Positions 52,193-64,000 of a stretch of 64,000 nucleotides of DNA are shown piece by piece. Below the pieces are notes generated by a model. That model was not told where the DNA came from, ran no database searches, and was given only the letters and a program-made list of their open reading frames with translations. Positions within the stretch are counted from its first letter, which is position 1; each line of letters starts with the position of its first letter. Position numbers and translations under genes: made by a program. The stretch comes from Emiliania huxleyi CCMP1516 (lineage: Eukaryota), in contig NW_005201984.1 of NCBI RefSeq assembly GCF_000372725.1, positions 62,001 through 126,000 on the forward strand, in the 5' to 3' direction.

Positions 52193-55081
52193 CTACTCGA
52201 TGGGCGACGGGACGGCCCGAGGCAGCCGCAGCAGCAGATCGACGTTATCCGCGACGACAGTCGGCCGCCGCTCGTGGAGCACGCGCCACCGCCACGCCAC
52301 GGGGTCCCAGCCGGACGCCCACATGGCCCTCGCCGTCCCGGCCGCCAGAAAGTCAACCATCCATGCGTGGAAGGGCGCGTCGGCCGCGATGCGCCAAGGC
52401 GATGCGCCGCGCTTGAGGAGGGCGCCGCCCGCCTCGCACACCGCGTCCACCAGCCGCTGCGGCTCGAGGAACTGGCCCTGCGCGCGCAAGTGCTCGTGGT
52501 AGGCGCCCATCACGCGCGCCTACTCCGCGCGAGCAGCTGTGAGGGGCGCGCACCCGCGGCGCTCTCGCGGCAAGCCCTCGCAGGCGCGCGTCGGATGGCA
52601 CGCTGCCCGCGCCGCCCTCGGCGGGCTCGAGGCGGGTGGCGCCGGCGAAGGTGATCGGCAGGTAGGCGAGCCCGCCTGCGCAGCGGCTGGGCGTGAGACA
52701 ACCCGCGGGGCCGGCCGGGGCCGGCGGGCAGAGGCGCCTGGGCAGAGGCGCGCGAGGAGCGAGGTGAGCTGCGCGGGCGCAAAGAGGTCCGCAAAGCCCG
52801 AGCCGACGAGGAGGTCGCACGGAGCGAGGCCGCCCTCGCCGACGCCCACCTGCGCCTCGAGCGCGCGCACGTCGGCGCAGTGGAGCTCGAGCCGCGCGAC
52901 CAACTCGCCACCGCCGCCGCCGCCGCCGCCGCCGCCCGAGGCGGCGCTGAGGGCGTCGGCGTGGCCGGGCTCCCTCCGCGCGGCGGCGAGGAGGGCGTCG
53001 TCCGTGTCGAAGGCGCAGTAGTGCATCGCCCCCCAGCCCGCTCGCTCTGCGGCGCGCCGCACCACCGGGAACATGGAGAGCGTCCCCGCGCCGACATCGA
53101 AGACTCGCAGCGGCGGAGTGCGCGCGCCGCCGCCCGCCGCGGCCGCGCCGGCGCGGCACGACGCGAGCCGCGCGGCGAGCGCCTCTTGCAGGGCGGTGAG
53201 CACCGCGCCGCTGTACGCCGCCCGGTCCACCGGCCGCTTCGCCGTCAGGTACGCGACGCGCTGCTGCGCGTCGTCTGTGCGCGGGGACGTGCAGCCGAGC
53301 GCGGCAAGCAGCGCGCGGTCGGCGGCGCAGCCCCGGCCGAGGAGGGGCAGGGAGGCGCCGGCGTGTGGCGGAAGCTTCGCGCGGGTGGCCTCAGAGGCGG
53401 TGATGACCACGTACGGGGGCGCGGCCGAGACGGCACCGCAGGAGTGTGGCGTCGCCGCGTCCATCGCCTCGCCCGCCCCCTCGCCAATCGCCTCGTCCGC
53501 TCGGCGGAACGCGACGTTGTGCGCCGCCGCGCTGAGGCCGCAGCAGCGCGCCAACGCCTCGCCGGCCTCCTCGCGCGGCAACGCTGTCCAAGCGACCAGC
53601 GGCGTCGGCATCGCCGCGACGAGGGCCGCGAGCGGGCTGCGGTGGACGATGCCGGTCGGCGAGCCCGCGCCCGCCTCCTCAACCGCCGCCCGCCCCGAGG
53701 CGGCATCCGGCGAGGCGTCTGGCGCGGCCGCAAGCAGCGAGTCCAAGTCGAGAGCGATGGCGGCCGGTCTGGGCGCCCCCGTCGAGGTCGGCGGCAAGGC
53801 GCGGCGGAAGGAGACCCACGCCACGTCGCTCTCCCGGACGACTACCTCGAGGGCGGCCGTGCCGCTGCGGGGAGGGAGTGCGGCGGCGACGCGGCTCCAC
53901 AGGCCTCGCGCGACTCGCTCGCAGGTCGTGTTCTCGCCCTCAAACTCGGCCAGCTCGTCGAGGTTGCGCTGGTGGTACGCGGCCAGTGCGCGGCGCAGCA
54001 GCAGCTCGGGCGCCTCCGCCGGCAGCGGCGACGAGCCATGCGGCGGCGCGGAGAACGGGCCGCCGGCCGCCGCCTCGGAGCCGCCGCACGAGTAGCGCGC
54101 GTCGACGACGTACGTGCAGCCGTGGAGGGCCTGCGCCGGCCCAAACGCCTCCCCCCGGAAGGAGTGCGCGATCATGCAGCGGCCGCGTCGGACGACGGTC
54201 CCTTCTCCTCGGGAGGGCGCCGCGCCTGTGCCGCCGCCGCAGTTGTCGCCGCCGCAGCTGTCGCCGTCTGCAGGCGCGAGGGGTCGAGAGTACTCTGCCG
54301 CCGCCTCGTCGTGCTCTCGGACGAGCACCTTGAGGCCGGCCAGCCGGTGCTCCGGCGGCAGCCCCTCCGCGACCGCCTCCCAAATCACGCGCGCGATCGC
54401 GCCCGCCGTCGGCGGCGGCTTGCCTGCGCCAAAGAGGTGCGGCAGCTGCTCGTCGAGGTGCGTCTGGTGGAGGTGCGCCACCGCCCGCTGGAGCAGCTCC
54501 TCGGCGAGGCAGATGTCGAAGAGGAAGGTGGCGCGCGGGTCGAGCTCGCGCCCCGAGAAGAGCGCGTCCACCACAAACGTCGACCCCTCCACACCGCCGG
54601 CTAGGGTGCGCGCCGCCATGAAGCGGGCCCGCACGCAGACTGAGTACAGGCCACCGTCCGACGCACCGAGCGAGCGCTCGTACTCGACGCGCGCCACGTC
54701 GCTCTCGCGCACCACGATCTGCAAGGAGGCGAGCGCCGGCGGACGCGGCAGAGCGGCCGCGACCCGCTCCCAGACGGCGCGCGCGACCCGCTCGCAGGTG
54801 GTGTTGTCGCCCGCAAACTCGGCGAGGTCGTCGAGGTTACGGCGGTCGTACCGGGCGAGCGCCGCCTTGAGCGCACTCTCCGCGGCGCAGATGTCGACGA
54901 GGTAGTTGGCGCCGGCCTGCAGCTGCACGCCCCTGCAGACGGCGTCGACGACATACGTGCAGCCGTGGAGGGCCTGCGCGGCGCCAAAGAGCTCGCCCTT
55001 GAAGGAGTGCGCGATCTGCGCGCGGCCACGCACGGAGACGGAGTAGACTCCGGCGTCCTCGGCGCTGCTCGTGGGCTCCAT
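52193..55081 (-). CDS. Fusion protein: three PTPS/QueD-like T-fold domains, HAD-like segment, class I SAM methyltransferase
   Basis: Two repeats IAHSF.GE.FG.AQALHGCTYVVDA...NLD.LAEF.G.NTTCERVAR...VVRESD flanking a degenerate middle repeat; IALDLDSLL; YLTAKRPVDR, VFDVGAG, DLLVGSGFADL, GGLAYLPITF, SPWRI. Confidence 0.85.
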
Positions 55082-55159
55082 ACACACATGCACGTTTGCG
55101 GAAGAGGTTGCGCGGCAACATACTTTTTTATCTCTCCGGTCCCTGTCTTTGTGGCACGC

Positions 55160-55334
55160 ACATTCCCGGAGGAGGACTCTGCTGACAGGGTTTGCGATGA
55201 GCAGCGACCCCGACATCTAGTTTTTCAATCCCCCGTTGGAAGGGTTCGTCTGGAGCAGGCCGGTTGCGGGTTCGTGATAGAAAACGGGTCACTCCTCATC
55301 GCAAACCCTGTCAGCAGTCCTCCTCCGGGAATGT
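55160..55334. repeat. ~50-bp inverted repeat with ~75-bp spacer (MITE-like hairpin)
   Basis: acattcccggaggaggactctgctgacagggtttgcgatgagcagcgaccc versus gggtcactcctcatcgcaaaccctgtcagcagtcctcctccgggaatgt. Confidence 0.85.
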
Positions 55335-56799
55335 AAGTAAGCCACATACACAAAAGACGCGCACGGTCTAAAGACGTCGAACACGTAGCGAAAGAGAGAC
55401 CGTGAGGCGTGAGACGGCCGTTCCGCGGGATCCGGGCATTTGAACGAGAGAGAGAGAGAGAGAGAGAGGCTGGGCAGGGCAAGGGACAGCGTCAGGTCGA
55501 ATGCGAGCGCGGAACATAAGGGGCGAGGCATGGTTTGTCACGTGACAAATAAGCGGTGAGAGATCAACGAAATGAGCTGAAGCATTCAGGTGGAGGTGGA
55601 GGATCGGGGCTGGATCAGTGATGGGGAGGAAGGTAGGTCGAGTACGAGGTCGAGAGGGATCGTGGTCGAGTACGAGGACTGGGGGGGAAGGGGGTTCAAC
55701 TTGGTGACGGAGGACTGTGGGCCATCGCGGGAACGGGTCCGTCCGGAGGGCGAACCCGGCTGATCCGGATGGTCTCCACACCGGTGGGAGGCACCGAGGC
55801 GTCGTGGGGACGCTCTTCTGTTCGGTCGACGCTCGTTCGTCCACTGAGAACTCAGTGGTTGTCACCACTTTGTATGCTTTTAATATTAACCTTGCGAACT
55901 CGTCCCCCCCGGCAGGGCTATGCAACCGTGACAAGTGTGTGCTGTCTACGCCTGATCCAGGCGTGAAATCTGCCGATGCGTGATCTGTGTGTGGGCCGCT
56001 CTGTGAGGGGTCCAGGCATTGTCCGACGGGTAGGGGGTCTGTGCCCGGGCGGTGTCCGGTGTGGAGTCTCTCTCTGATCCCGCCTGTGGTGTTGGGTGCG
56101 AGGTCGTGGAAGCTTCGATCCCAAGGGGGGGAGCTGATCCCACTCGGTAACCAACTCTCAGGGGCAGTAGGTGGGCGGGCTTCAAGCGCGCTCATCTCGA
56201 ACGACAAGGCGTCGCTACGCGCGGTCTTCCGCGGGGGGAGCTTCGTCGACGGGTGCGGGAGCGCAGCGCAGACAGTGCTGCGGCGATGCCTCCGGCTGTT
56301 TGCGGCGGGCGGCTTTGCTGCTCGCGGCGATGGCGAAAAACTCGTCTCGTGGCACACCAAGGGCTTATGCTCTGTCGAGACGTGAGGCGTATGCGCCCAG
56401 GAGGGGAGGGCGCATGCGTAACGACGCTGCTAGAGATGCCTTTCGGGGCCCAGAGATAAACTAAAACTTCTGATGCCATGCGTGACCTAGTAGTGTCCCC
56501 AGCTATGGGCGTGTCCACGTTGGAGCCAGGTGTGGTGTGGACGCGAGAATAGCTCCGCCGTTCATGGAGGCAACCGATGCGAGTCGACTGGTGTGTGTCG
56601 TCGTGGTTTCGTATCAATCAAGAATTCTCTCTCTCTCTCGCATTTGAACGCGACCTTCGGGGGCAAAGACATCGGCTCTATGGCTCAGACTGGACTCCTC
56701 TTGGTCCCTTCTGATGCCCTAGGCCACACCTAGGCCTTACCTGGGGCTCTAGGGGGCGGGCGGGGTTCCCCGAAACTGGCAGCGGGAACCTTTAAAAAA

Positions 56800-57803
56800 G
56801 GATAAATTTCAGATTACCCGGTTTTTGAGATTCGCCTCGCAGATCACCCGGCGTTTTTCAGATCACCCGGCGTCTGCGAGTTTTTGCCTCGCAGATCACC
56901 CAACACGGCGAAATGTCGTTTCCAGATTACCCAACACGGCGAAATGTCGTTTCCAGGTTACCCGGTCACGAAATTTCTTTTTCCAGATCACCCGGTTTTG
57001 AGCTTCGCCTCGCAGATCACCCGGCGTTTTCCAGATCACCCGGCGTGAGCGGTTTCAGATCACCCGGTGCGGCAAAATGTCGTTTCCAGATTACCCAACA
57101 CGGCGAAATGTCGTTTCCAGGTTTCTTACCCAACACGGCGAAATGTCGTTTCCAGGTTACACGGAAGGTGAAATTTCTTTTTCCAGATCACCCGGTAGTG
57201 GGATGCGCCGGGTAAAATCTGAAACCGTTTGGGATTCACGACTGCGTCATTCAAGCAAACGAGGCCGGGGATTCCGAGTGGGAGCTCTCCTTGAGCACTT
57301 GAGCACCGGATAGGGTCGATTCCGCATGGTACGGGACCCCTTAGGACCAAGTGCCGCAGGTGCTCGCTCTCTGGACGAGGTGCACGCTCGCGTCCGGGTA
57401 AGCTGAAACGAGAAATTTGCGCGCCCCCGGGTAATCTCAAAGAGAAAAGTTAGCCGCCGGGTAATCTGGACGAGAAATTTGGCCGACCGGGTAATCTGAC
57501 ATGAGAAAAGTTAGCGGCCGGGGAAGCTGAAACGTGAATTGTGGGAGACTGGGTAAACTGGTTCTCAGTTTTTTGATGAAATTGCTGCTGAGCAGGAAAA
57601 TATCGTTGCCGGGTAATCTGGACGAGAAATTTGGCCGACCGGGTAATCTGACATGACAAATTTTAGCGACCGGGTAAGCTGAAACACGAATTGTGGGAGA
57701 CTGGGTAAACTGGTTTGACGGAAATCGCGCTAAGCAGGAAAATATCGTTCGTCGGGTAATCTGCGAGGCGAATCTCAAAAACCGGGTAATCTGAAATTTA
57801 TCC
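56800..57803. mobile_element. Non-autonomous Mutator/foldback-like DNA transposon with 9-bp TSD
   Basis: ~50-bp near-perfect TIRs GGATAAATTTCAGATTACCCGGTTTTTGAGATTCGCCTCGCAGAT; TSD TTTAAAAAA at 56791-56799 and 57804-57812; CAGATYACCC arrays on the left, inverted on the right. Confidence 0.9.
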
Positions 57804-57892
57804 TTTAAAAAAACACCTCTGTGAGAGTAGAGTCGGCGCCGAACGATCTCGTAGGAAAGCGGAGTGGGCGCTCCGACACAGTGCAGAGCCGC

Positions 57893-59057
57893 ATGCCATC
57901 CGTCCGCGACATGCCAATGGTCGCCCCCCGGCCGGCCTGCTACAGCGACAGCGTCCTTGAGCAGGCAAAGGCTGCCCGCCTCACGCCGGACGCCACCCCC
58001 TGCGGCTGCGCGGAGTGCGTAGCCGAGCGAGACTCCTACGTTCAGCGCACCCCGGCATGCGCGCTTGTCGAGTGCGGCATCTGCCTTGAGCTTCCGACGT
58101 CGGGGCCCATCGTGCAGTGCCCCGAGGGCCACATCTTTTGCGGCCACTGCCTGCGCCGCCACACCATGAGTGGCCTCGCGTCGTCGCACTGCTGCCCCGT
58201 CTGCCGCTCAAAGCTGCCGTCGACCTCTGCAGCAGAGAACGCCGCGTCGCGGTGTCGGCTAGCGGAGCTGCTCCTCGCCGACGTCCCCGCCAGCTGCAAG
58301 CATTGCCACGCCAAGCTCACCCGCGCCACGCTCCGCGACCACGCGCCGTGCGCGAAAGAGCTCGTGTGTTGCGCGGGCGGCTGCGGGTGGGTGAGCGAGC
58401 GAGGCAGCCTCGAGCCGCACGAGTCGGGCTGCCGCGCGCTGCGCAGCCACCGCCGCGCCGAGAAGCGCAAGCTGGAGGAGGCGGAGGCGGCGGCAGCCAA
58501 GCGGGCGCGAGAGGCACTCCCCGCCACACCGCCTCCCTGCCATGACCCCCCCCCCCCCTTCCCTTTTCTCTTACCCCTTTGCTTTTCTCTCTCTTTCCTT
58601 TTTCTCTCTGGTCCGTCGCTCTCCCCCCTCGTTTTTTTCTCTCTNNNNNNNNNNNNNNNNNNNNNNNNNNNNNNNNNNNNNNNNNNNNNNNNNNNNNNNN
58701 NNNNNNNNNNNNNNNNNNNNNNNNNNNNNNNNNNNNNNNNNNNNGACCCCCCCCCCCCCCCCTGCCAGGCCACCGGCCCGTCGACGCACGAAATCTTCTT
58801 CCGACTCAAGCCGACGACCGACCTCAACCGCCTCTTCCGCATCTACGAGGCGAGACGCGCCCGAGAGAGGGAGAGGCAGCGCAGAGGTCCCGGAGCCGAG
58901 AGCGTTTGTGGAATAGGAGCGGACAAACCTGCGCGGCCTCTCCTTCTACAAGGGCAACACGGTGCTCGACGGCGCGCGCACGCCCGCCTCGTACTCGATA
59001 GCCGACTACGACGCGCTCGAGGCGCGGCACGATTTGCCGCAGCAAATCTCGGACTGA
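57893..59057 (+). CDS. RING/SINA-TRAF-type zinc-finger protein with C-terminal SUMO-like domain; spans assembly gap
   Basis: ECGICLE..IVQCPEGHIFCGHC..CPVCR; further C/H fingers; spliced C-terminus EIFFRLKPTTDLNRLFRIYE-ERTNLRGLSFYKGNTVLDGARTPASYSIADYDALEA. Confidence 0.7.
58645..58743. other. Assembly gap
   Basis: Run of N. Confidence 1.
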
Positions 59058-59743
59058 GCTCGGATAGAGGAGGCTGGCGGAGGCGCGAGGAGGAGGGGCA
59101 GCGAGACGCCGGCTCCCGTCCCCCACCGCGCCCCAAACCGAACCCTCGGGGGAGGGGGGGTCGGGGGGGGAGGTCGGGAGGGGGGCAGGGAGGCTATTCA
59201 GGCCACGTGGCGTCGAGCGGGCGGGGGGAGGGGCGCAGGCACGCTCTGGCATAGTCGCTGATGCGTTTCGTGAGGGCAAGTGGGGCGGGGTGGGGGGGGA
59301 GGGGCGGCCATCGCCGGAATAGCGGCTAGCGCGCCTGCCGGCCGCCGCGCCTTGCAGTAAGAGTCTGCGCATGGAGCTCGGCCGGGGGTGGCACGATAGA
59401 CGACGTTGAGCCCTTGAGGCGCGCGAGGAGACGGAGTACGGAGAGTACAGTTAGGATGAAAACCCTAAAACGATAATTTGCCTCCACCCCACCGTACTTA
59501 GCCTCTTCTTCGAGGGAGCGTTTTTTGTTGAAGACTCTCCTCTTCTACTTGGTACTTGCGTGAAGGGGTGAACACAGTACACACAGAGTCAGACTCAGAG
59601 AACGCACGTGTATCAGCTGTATCTCCACACTCTCTATTGCGACACACGACATATGTCTTACCGTATGTGGGGGCTATGGGGCGTCGCGATGCGCACGGAC
59701 CGCGGTTGCGGGGGGCGGGGGCAAAACGCCGTGAAACGTACCG

Positions 59744-62360
59744 TCAAAACGGACTCAGCGGCGTCGTCAGCGGGCACCACCGCCGCGCGCACAGCGAACG
59801 GCATCGTGCCCGCGCGTCGGCAAGCCCTTGGTCTTGGCCTTGCAGCACCGCCACAGTGCCCAAATCTCCGAGGGCGGCTTCGAGCGCTGCGCGCGCAGCG
59901 TCGCTGCCACCGTGCACGAGCAAGCTTACGAGCGCGTCGGCCGCGTAGCCGCGCACGTATCGGTCGGCGTCACCCGAGAGTGCAGCCGCTAGCGCGCCAA
60001 CAACCTCCCCGCCCACCTCCTCGTCAGAAGAGAGACCGGCCGAGACAGCCGGTCGGGCCGAGAGCTGAGCGAGTGCGCGCGCGGCGACGGCGCGTGTGCC
60101 CGCATCCGCCCACGCGTGCGCGAGCGTGCGAGCGAGTAAACGCGGCGGGCCGCTGCCCGCCGCCGCGCACCGCGCACCAAAAGCCTCGAGTGCCACCAGG
60201 CGCGCCGACGGCGGCGGCGGCGGCGAGTCTAGGGAGGCGCCCCACCCTTGGCATGCAAGCTGGGCCGCCGGCACGGCGAGCGCGCGCTCGAGGCATGGCA
60301 CCGCCTCCGAGTCCGCGAGTCTGGTGGCTCGCGCGAGTACGATGGCCGCGAGGTAGCGGATCTCCGCGGCGGGGTCGGCGGCGGCGAGAAGCAGCTCGGC
60401 GTCGAAGCCTAAGCACGCCGCAGGCCGTGAGAGGTGGGGGCGGCGTGCGCGGGAAGGGCAGGCAAGCGGCGGCGGGGCCCTCTGAGGCGCGCAGCAGCGA
60501 CGCAGACAGCCAGCGCGATGGCTCCTCCAGCGCGACGCCGAGGATCGGATCGGTGGCCCCGCTTGCGGCGTCCGGGGAGGGAGGGAGGGACGCGTCCCGC
60601 AGAGCTGTTGGAGGGAGGGAGCACGGCTCCACGCCCTCGGCTCCACCCTCGGCGCCGTCGCTGCCGGCAGCGAGGAAGAGGAGCCGTTCGCACTGCGCCG
60701 CGCTGACGCAGCTCGCCGCGCTCAGGCCGTAGGCGGCGGTGCGGCGCACCGAGGTTGCCGCGCCGGCGTCGCTCACGACGGCGAGCAACGCCTCAGCAGC
60801 TTCCGCAGCCGTCGCCTGGGCGAGCTCGTACGCGGCCCGCAGCCGCGCCGGCTCCGCCGCAATCCGCAGCGTGCCGCTGAGGCGCGTCGCGCGGGCGGGA
60901 GAGACGAGGCGTGGCGCAGCTGCTTGGCCGTGCAGCCACGCCCAGACGTGCCGCCAGACTGGCCGCCGCTCGCGCACAAACAGCGCCCGCCGCTCGCGCG
61001 CCGCGGCCCTCTGCACGAGTGCGGCGCACCGCGGGGCGAGCCACGCGAGCAGGGCGGGCATGAGGTGCGTCGGTGTCGGAGGCAGAGCCGAGCCGTCCGC
61101 GGCCTCCTTCTTGGCGGCGGCCACCGCCGAGCTGAAGAGGCGCCTGCTCGAGGAGGGGATGCATGGCACGGCGTGCGAGAGGTGGCGGGCGAGGGCGAGG
61201 GCGGGCGAGGGCGAGGGCGGGCGAGGGCGGGCGAGGGCGGGCGAGGGCGAGGGCGGGGCGGGGGCAGCGTGCTTCTCTGCGTCGGCGGCGCCCTTTGGAG
61301 TCAGCAGCTCGGCGCCGGCAAGCAGCCTTCCCTCGCGGAAGGCCGAGTCCAGGTGCGCCTCGAGGCAGCCGGTCGTGGAGGCGGGCAGCCCCGCACGCGC
61401 AGCATCGGTCGAGTCGAGCTGGCGATCAAAGCGGCGGCGGCCAGCAACGCCGCCGCCGTGCGCCGCCTGCTCGTCGTCGCCGCTGAGGAAGGCGAGAAGG
61501 GGCTCGTCCGCCAGCCCTTCCCTGTCCTCCTTCTCCTCCTCCTCCTCCGCTGCCGCTGCCTGCCGCGCCTCCTCCTCCTCGCTGGCGCCTCCGTCGGCAA
61601 GCGGCCAAGGAGGCGGCGGGCCGGTGCCCGAAGGCGGCGTGGTGCGCCAGGCGACAAACTTGAGCATGAGCCTCGGCGCATCCGAAGCGGCGGCGAGGGC
61701 GCGGTGCCACAGGTCGTAGTGCATCACCACCACCGTGCCGGCTGGCCCGGTGACGGTGTGGACGCAGGTCGCCCAGCCGGCCAGCTGCTCACCGAAGCTC
61801 GGGATGTGCCCGCGCGAGTAGTGAGCTCTATCGCTGTCGCCGCGGTAGAACTGTGTGCCTGGCAGCAGCTGCGTCGGGCCCATCTCGGGCGTCGTGTCCT
61901 GAGGATAGTACATGACCATGCACCAGTGCGGCTCGTGCAGCCGCCCGCTGCACCACGGCAGCCCTTTGTAGGCGTCGACATGCCACATCGACGTCTTGGC
62001 GCCGCGCTTGCGCAGGTGGCCGCGGCAGTGCGGGTGCAGCCGGTACTCGGGGCCCAGCAGCCGCGTGAGGGTCGCGACGAGGTGAGGAGACTCGAGGAAG
62101 GCTGGCCCACGAAGCGCAGGAGCGGCGTGCAGCAGGTTGTTGCCCGCTGCGTCGCCGTCGAGCTGCCGCAAGCCGTAAGGGTCCCTCCGCCCGGCGCGTG
62201 CATCCTCCGGCCCGCCAGCCTCCTGCACGCCGCAACGGTGGATCTGCGCCGCAATCTCTGCGTGTGCGGCAGGCGGCACTGCGGTCGAGGGCGGCAGCTG
62301 CACAAAGCCGGAGACGACAAAGCGCTGGACGGCCTCGTCCGAGCAGAGGCCATTAGCCAT
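59744..62360 (-). CDS. Phytanoyl-CoA dioxygenase-like (PhyH) domain plus HEAT/PBS-like repeats
   Basis: WHVD, YYPQDTTPEMGPTQLLPG, GTVVVMHYDLWHRA, RLMLKF; repeats RLRAAYELA, RRTAAYGL, DRYVRGYAADAL; ends RWCPLTTPLSPF. Confidence 0.8.
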
Positions 62361-62621
62361 TTACGAGCGCGAGCCAACTCCCTCGCACAACACTGGGCAC
62401 CGGACTGGCGCGCATGGCACTAACGTCAAAAGAATTTACAAACGCCTCGCTGTCACCAGACCAGGGGACTTCCAAATCCTGGGCAGCACGGACTTCCAAA
62501 ATCCTGCTCGTCAGGAGGGGGCCCTGTCCTCCTCCCATCCCTCGTTGGTGCGCTGAGTACAACGCTCTTTCTCTTTTGCTCTTTTGGGATCGGGACTGGA
62601 ATTTGGGCTTGGCCTGCTGCC

Positions 62622-62744
<123 letters not shown>

Positions 62745-62815
62745 CTGTGCTGTGCTGTGTGCCCGTACACGAGAGAGAACGTACACGACACTCAAAAGGT
62801 GTCGGGAGGGTCAGG

Positions 62816-63840
62816 TCAGCGCCGCCTTTGCAAACGGCACCTTGAGGCACAAGTCGACGAGCCGCTGCATCTGCTCGTCCTCGCCTGCCAAACGACAGCG
62901 AGCGAGTCACGAGGGGGAGGAGGGGCGGTGGGCGAGGGCGCGGCGGGGGCGCCCGAAGCTGCCCCCGTCCCACCAGGCGCGCCCGAGGCTGCGTTTCCGT
63001 TCATCCCCGTGCGCTCGACGACGGCCGCGGCGTCGGAGGCCACGAAGAGCAGCGGCGGCGGCTCGCCTACGGGTTCGCGTCCCGCCGTCGACCACCCGCC
63101 CCGACCGCCGTCGCGAGGAGCGGTGGCGAAGGCTCGCCGCGCCGCCCCTTGGCCTCCTGCTCCACAAGCTCCGCCAGCCGCAGCGCGCGGTAGTCGGGCT
63201 TGGCGGGCGCCCCCTCCGCCTGCGCCAGCGTCGCCTGCAAGTCCGCCAGCCTGAAAAAGTAGGGCCGCTGCGCCTCGCTCGCGCCGTCAGGCTGGATGAG
63301 CAGCGACGGCTCCCAGTAGAGCGGCACGGTGCCGTCGGCCGGCGCGCCCGCCTTGCCAAGCACCTGGCGCACCGCCGCCCGCTCGTCGGAGATGGGCTCG
63401 AGCTGGAACAGCCTCAGGTCGGTCGACGTGCCCGCCTTGGGCTGTGGCGCCGCCGAGAGCATGCGCGCCGCCTCGGCGCTCGAGTGCGGCAGCTCGTCCC
63501 AAATGCCGCCCAGCGGGAGGATGGAGAGCGAGGCGCGTGCATCGAAGGCGCGCACGTTCTCGAGCTGCTCGAGCGCCTCCTTCGGTGAGAGGTAAAAGGA
63601 CCCGGTGCGTCGGCCAGCACTGTCGCTGCCGGTGAGGTACGGTGCGCCTTTGGAGTTGGTGATCGCAAAGACGGGCACGTCCGACAGCAGCTGACGGGCC
63701 GAGAGCTGGCCGCCGGCCGCCAGTGCGCTGCTGCGCGGCAGAGCAAAGGCGGCCGCGGCGGTGGCTGCAGCGCCGGCGGAGTGCTGAAGCACAGCCCGGC
63801 GCGTCGTGGCGGCAGTGGCGACGCAGAGTAAGTGCAGCAT
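62816..63840 (-). CDS. Tic22-like plastid protein; 3' end uncertain
   Basis: Signal-like N-terminus; LLSDVPVFAITNSKGAPYL...FYLSPKEA...VPLY...PYFFRLADL. Confidence 0.6.
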
Positions 63841-64000
63841 GGGGTTGCCGGCGAGTCGCACGCAGTCTCAGCAGGGATCGCCCTTCGCTTTTCACAGCTA
63901 GGCACGGCCTCAGCACTTAGCACTAAAGGATTCTCTGTGAGCTCTGCGTGTTGACCGCGCCGCCTCACCGGCCCAAGTGGCGCAGGGCGAGGCGGCGAGA

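Noticed and set aside
55368..56360. 330-aa ORF as a retroelement or gene
   Set aside because: No recognisable RT, integrase or transposase motifs; left unannotated

Overview
GC-rich eukaryotic nuclear DNA with many short introns, frequent GC-AG splice junctions and 10-11 bp intronic tandem repeats. This style fits a haptophyte alga such as Emiliania/Gephyrocapsa huxleyi (inference). There are about 24 intron-containing genes. Recognisable ones are mitochondrial Rieske ISP, ASH2L, MFSD5/MOT2, pentafunctional AROM, a sulfotransferase, a SET-MYND/TPR/2OG-Fe(II) fusion, a kelch protein, a bacterial-type ArsJ exporter, a NifU-C-like protein, FAM91, a TMEM216/17-family protein, a P-IIB Ca-ATPase, a RING plus SUMO-like protein, a PhyH-HEAT protein and a Tic22-like protein. 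The most unusual items are: (1) one gene fusing three tandem PTPS/QueD T-fold domains, a HAD-like segment and a prokaryote-type SAM methyltransferase; (2) a RuvC-type Holliday-junction resolvase frame that the ORF track only partly captures; (3) a dispersed ~75-bp motif upstream of several genes; (4) introns built from copies of their own exon ends, some with AT-rich filler; (5) several non-autonomous TIR elements close to start codons. There are two N-gaps. Family assignments come from recalled motifs, not database searches, and most exon boundaries are approximate.
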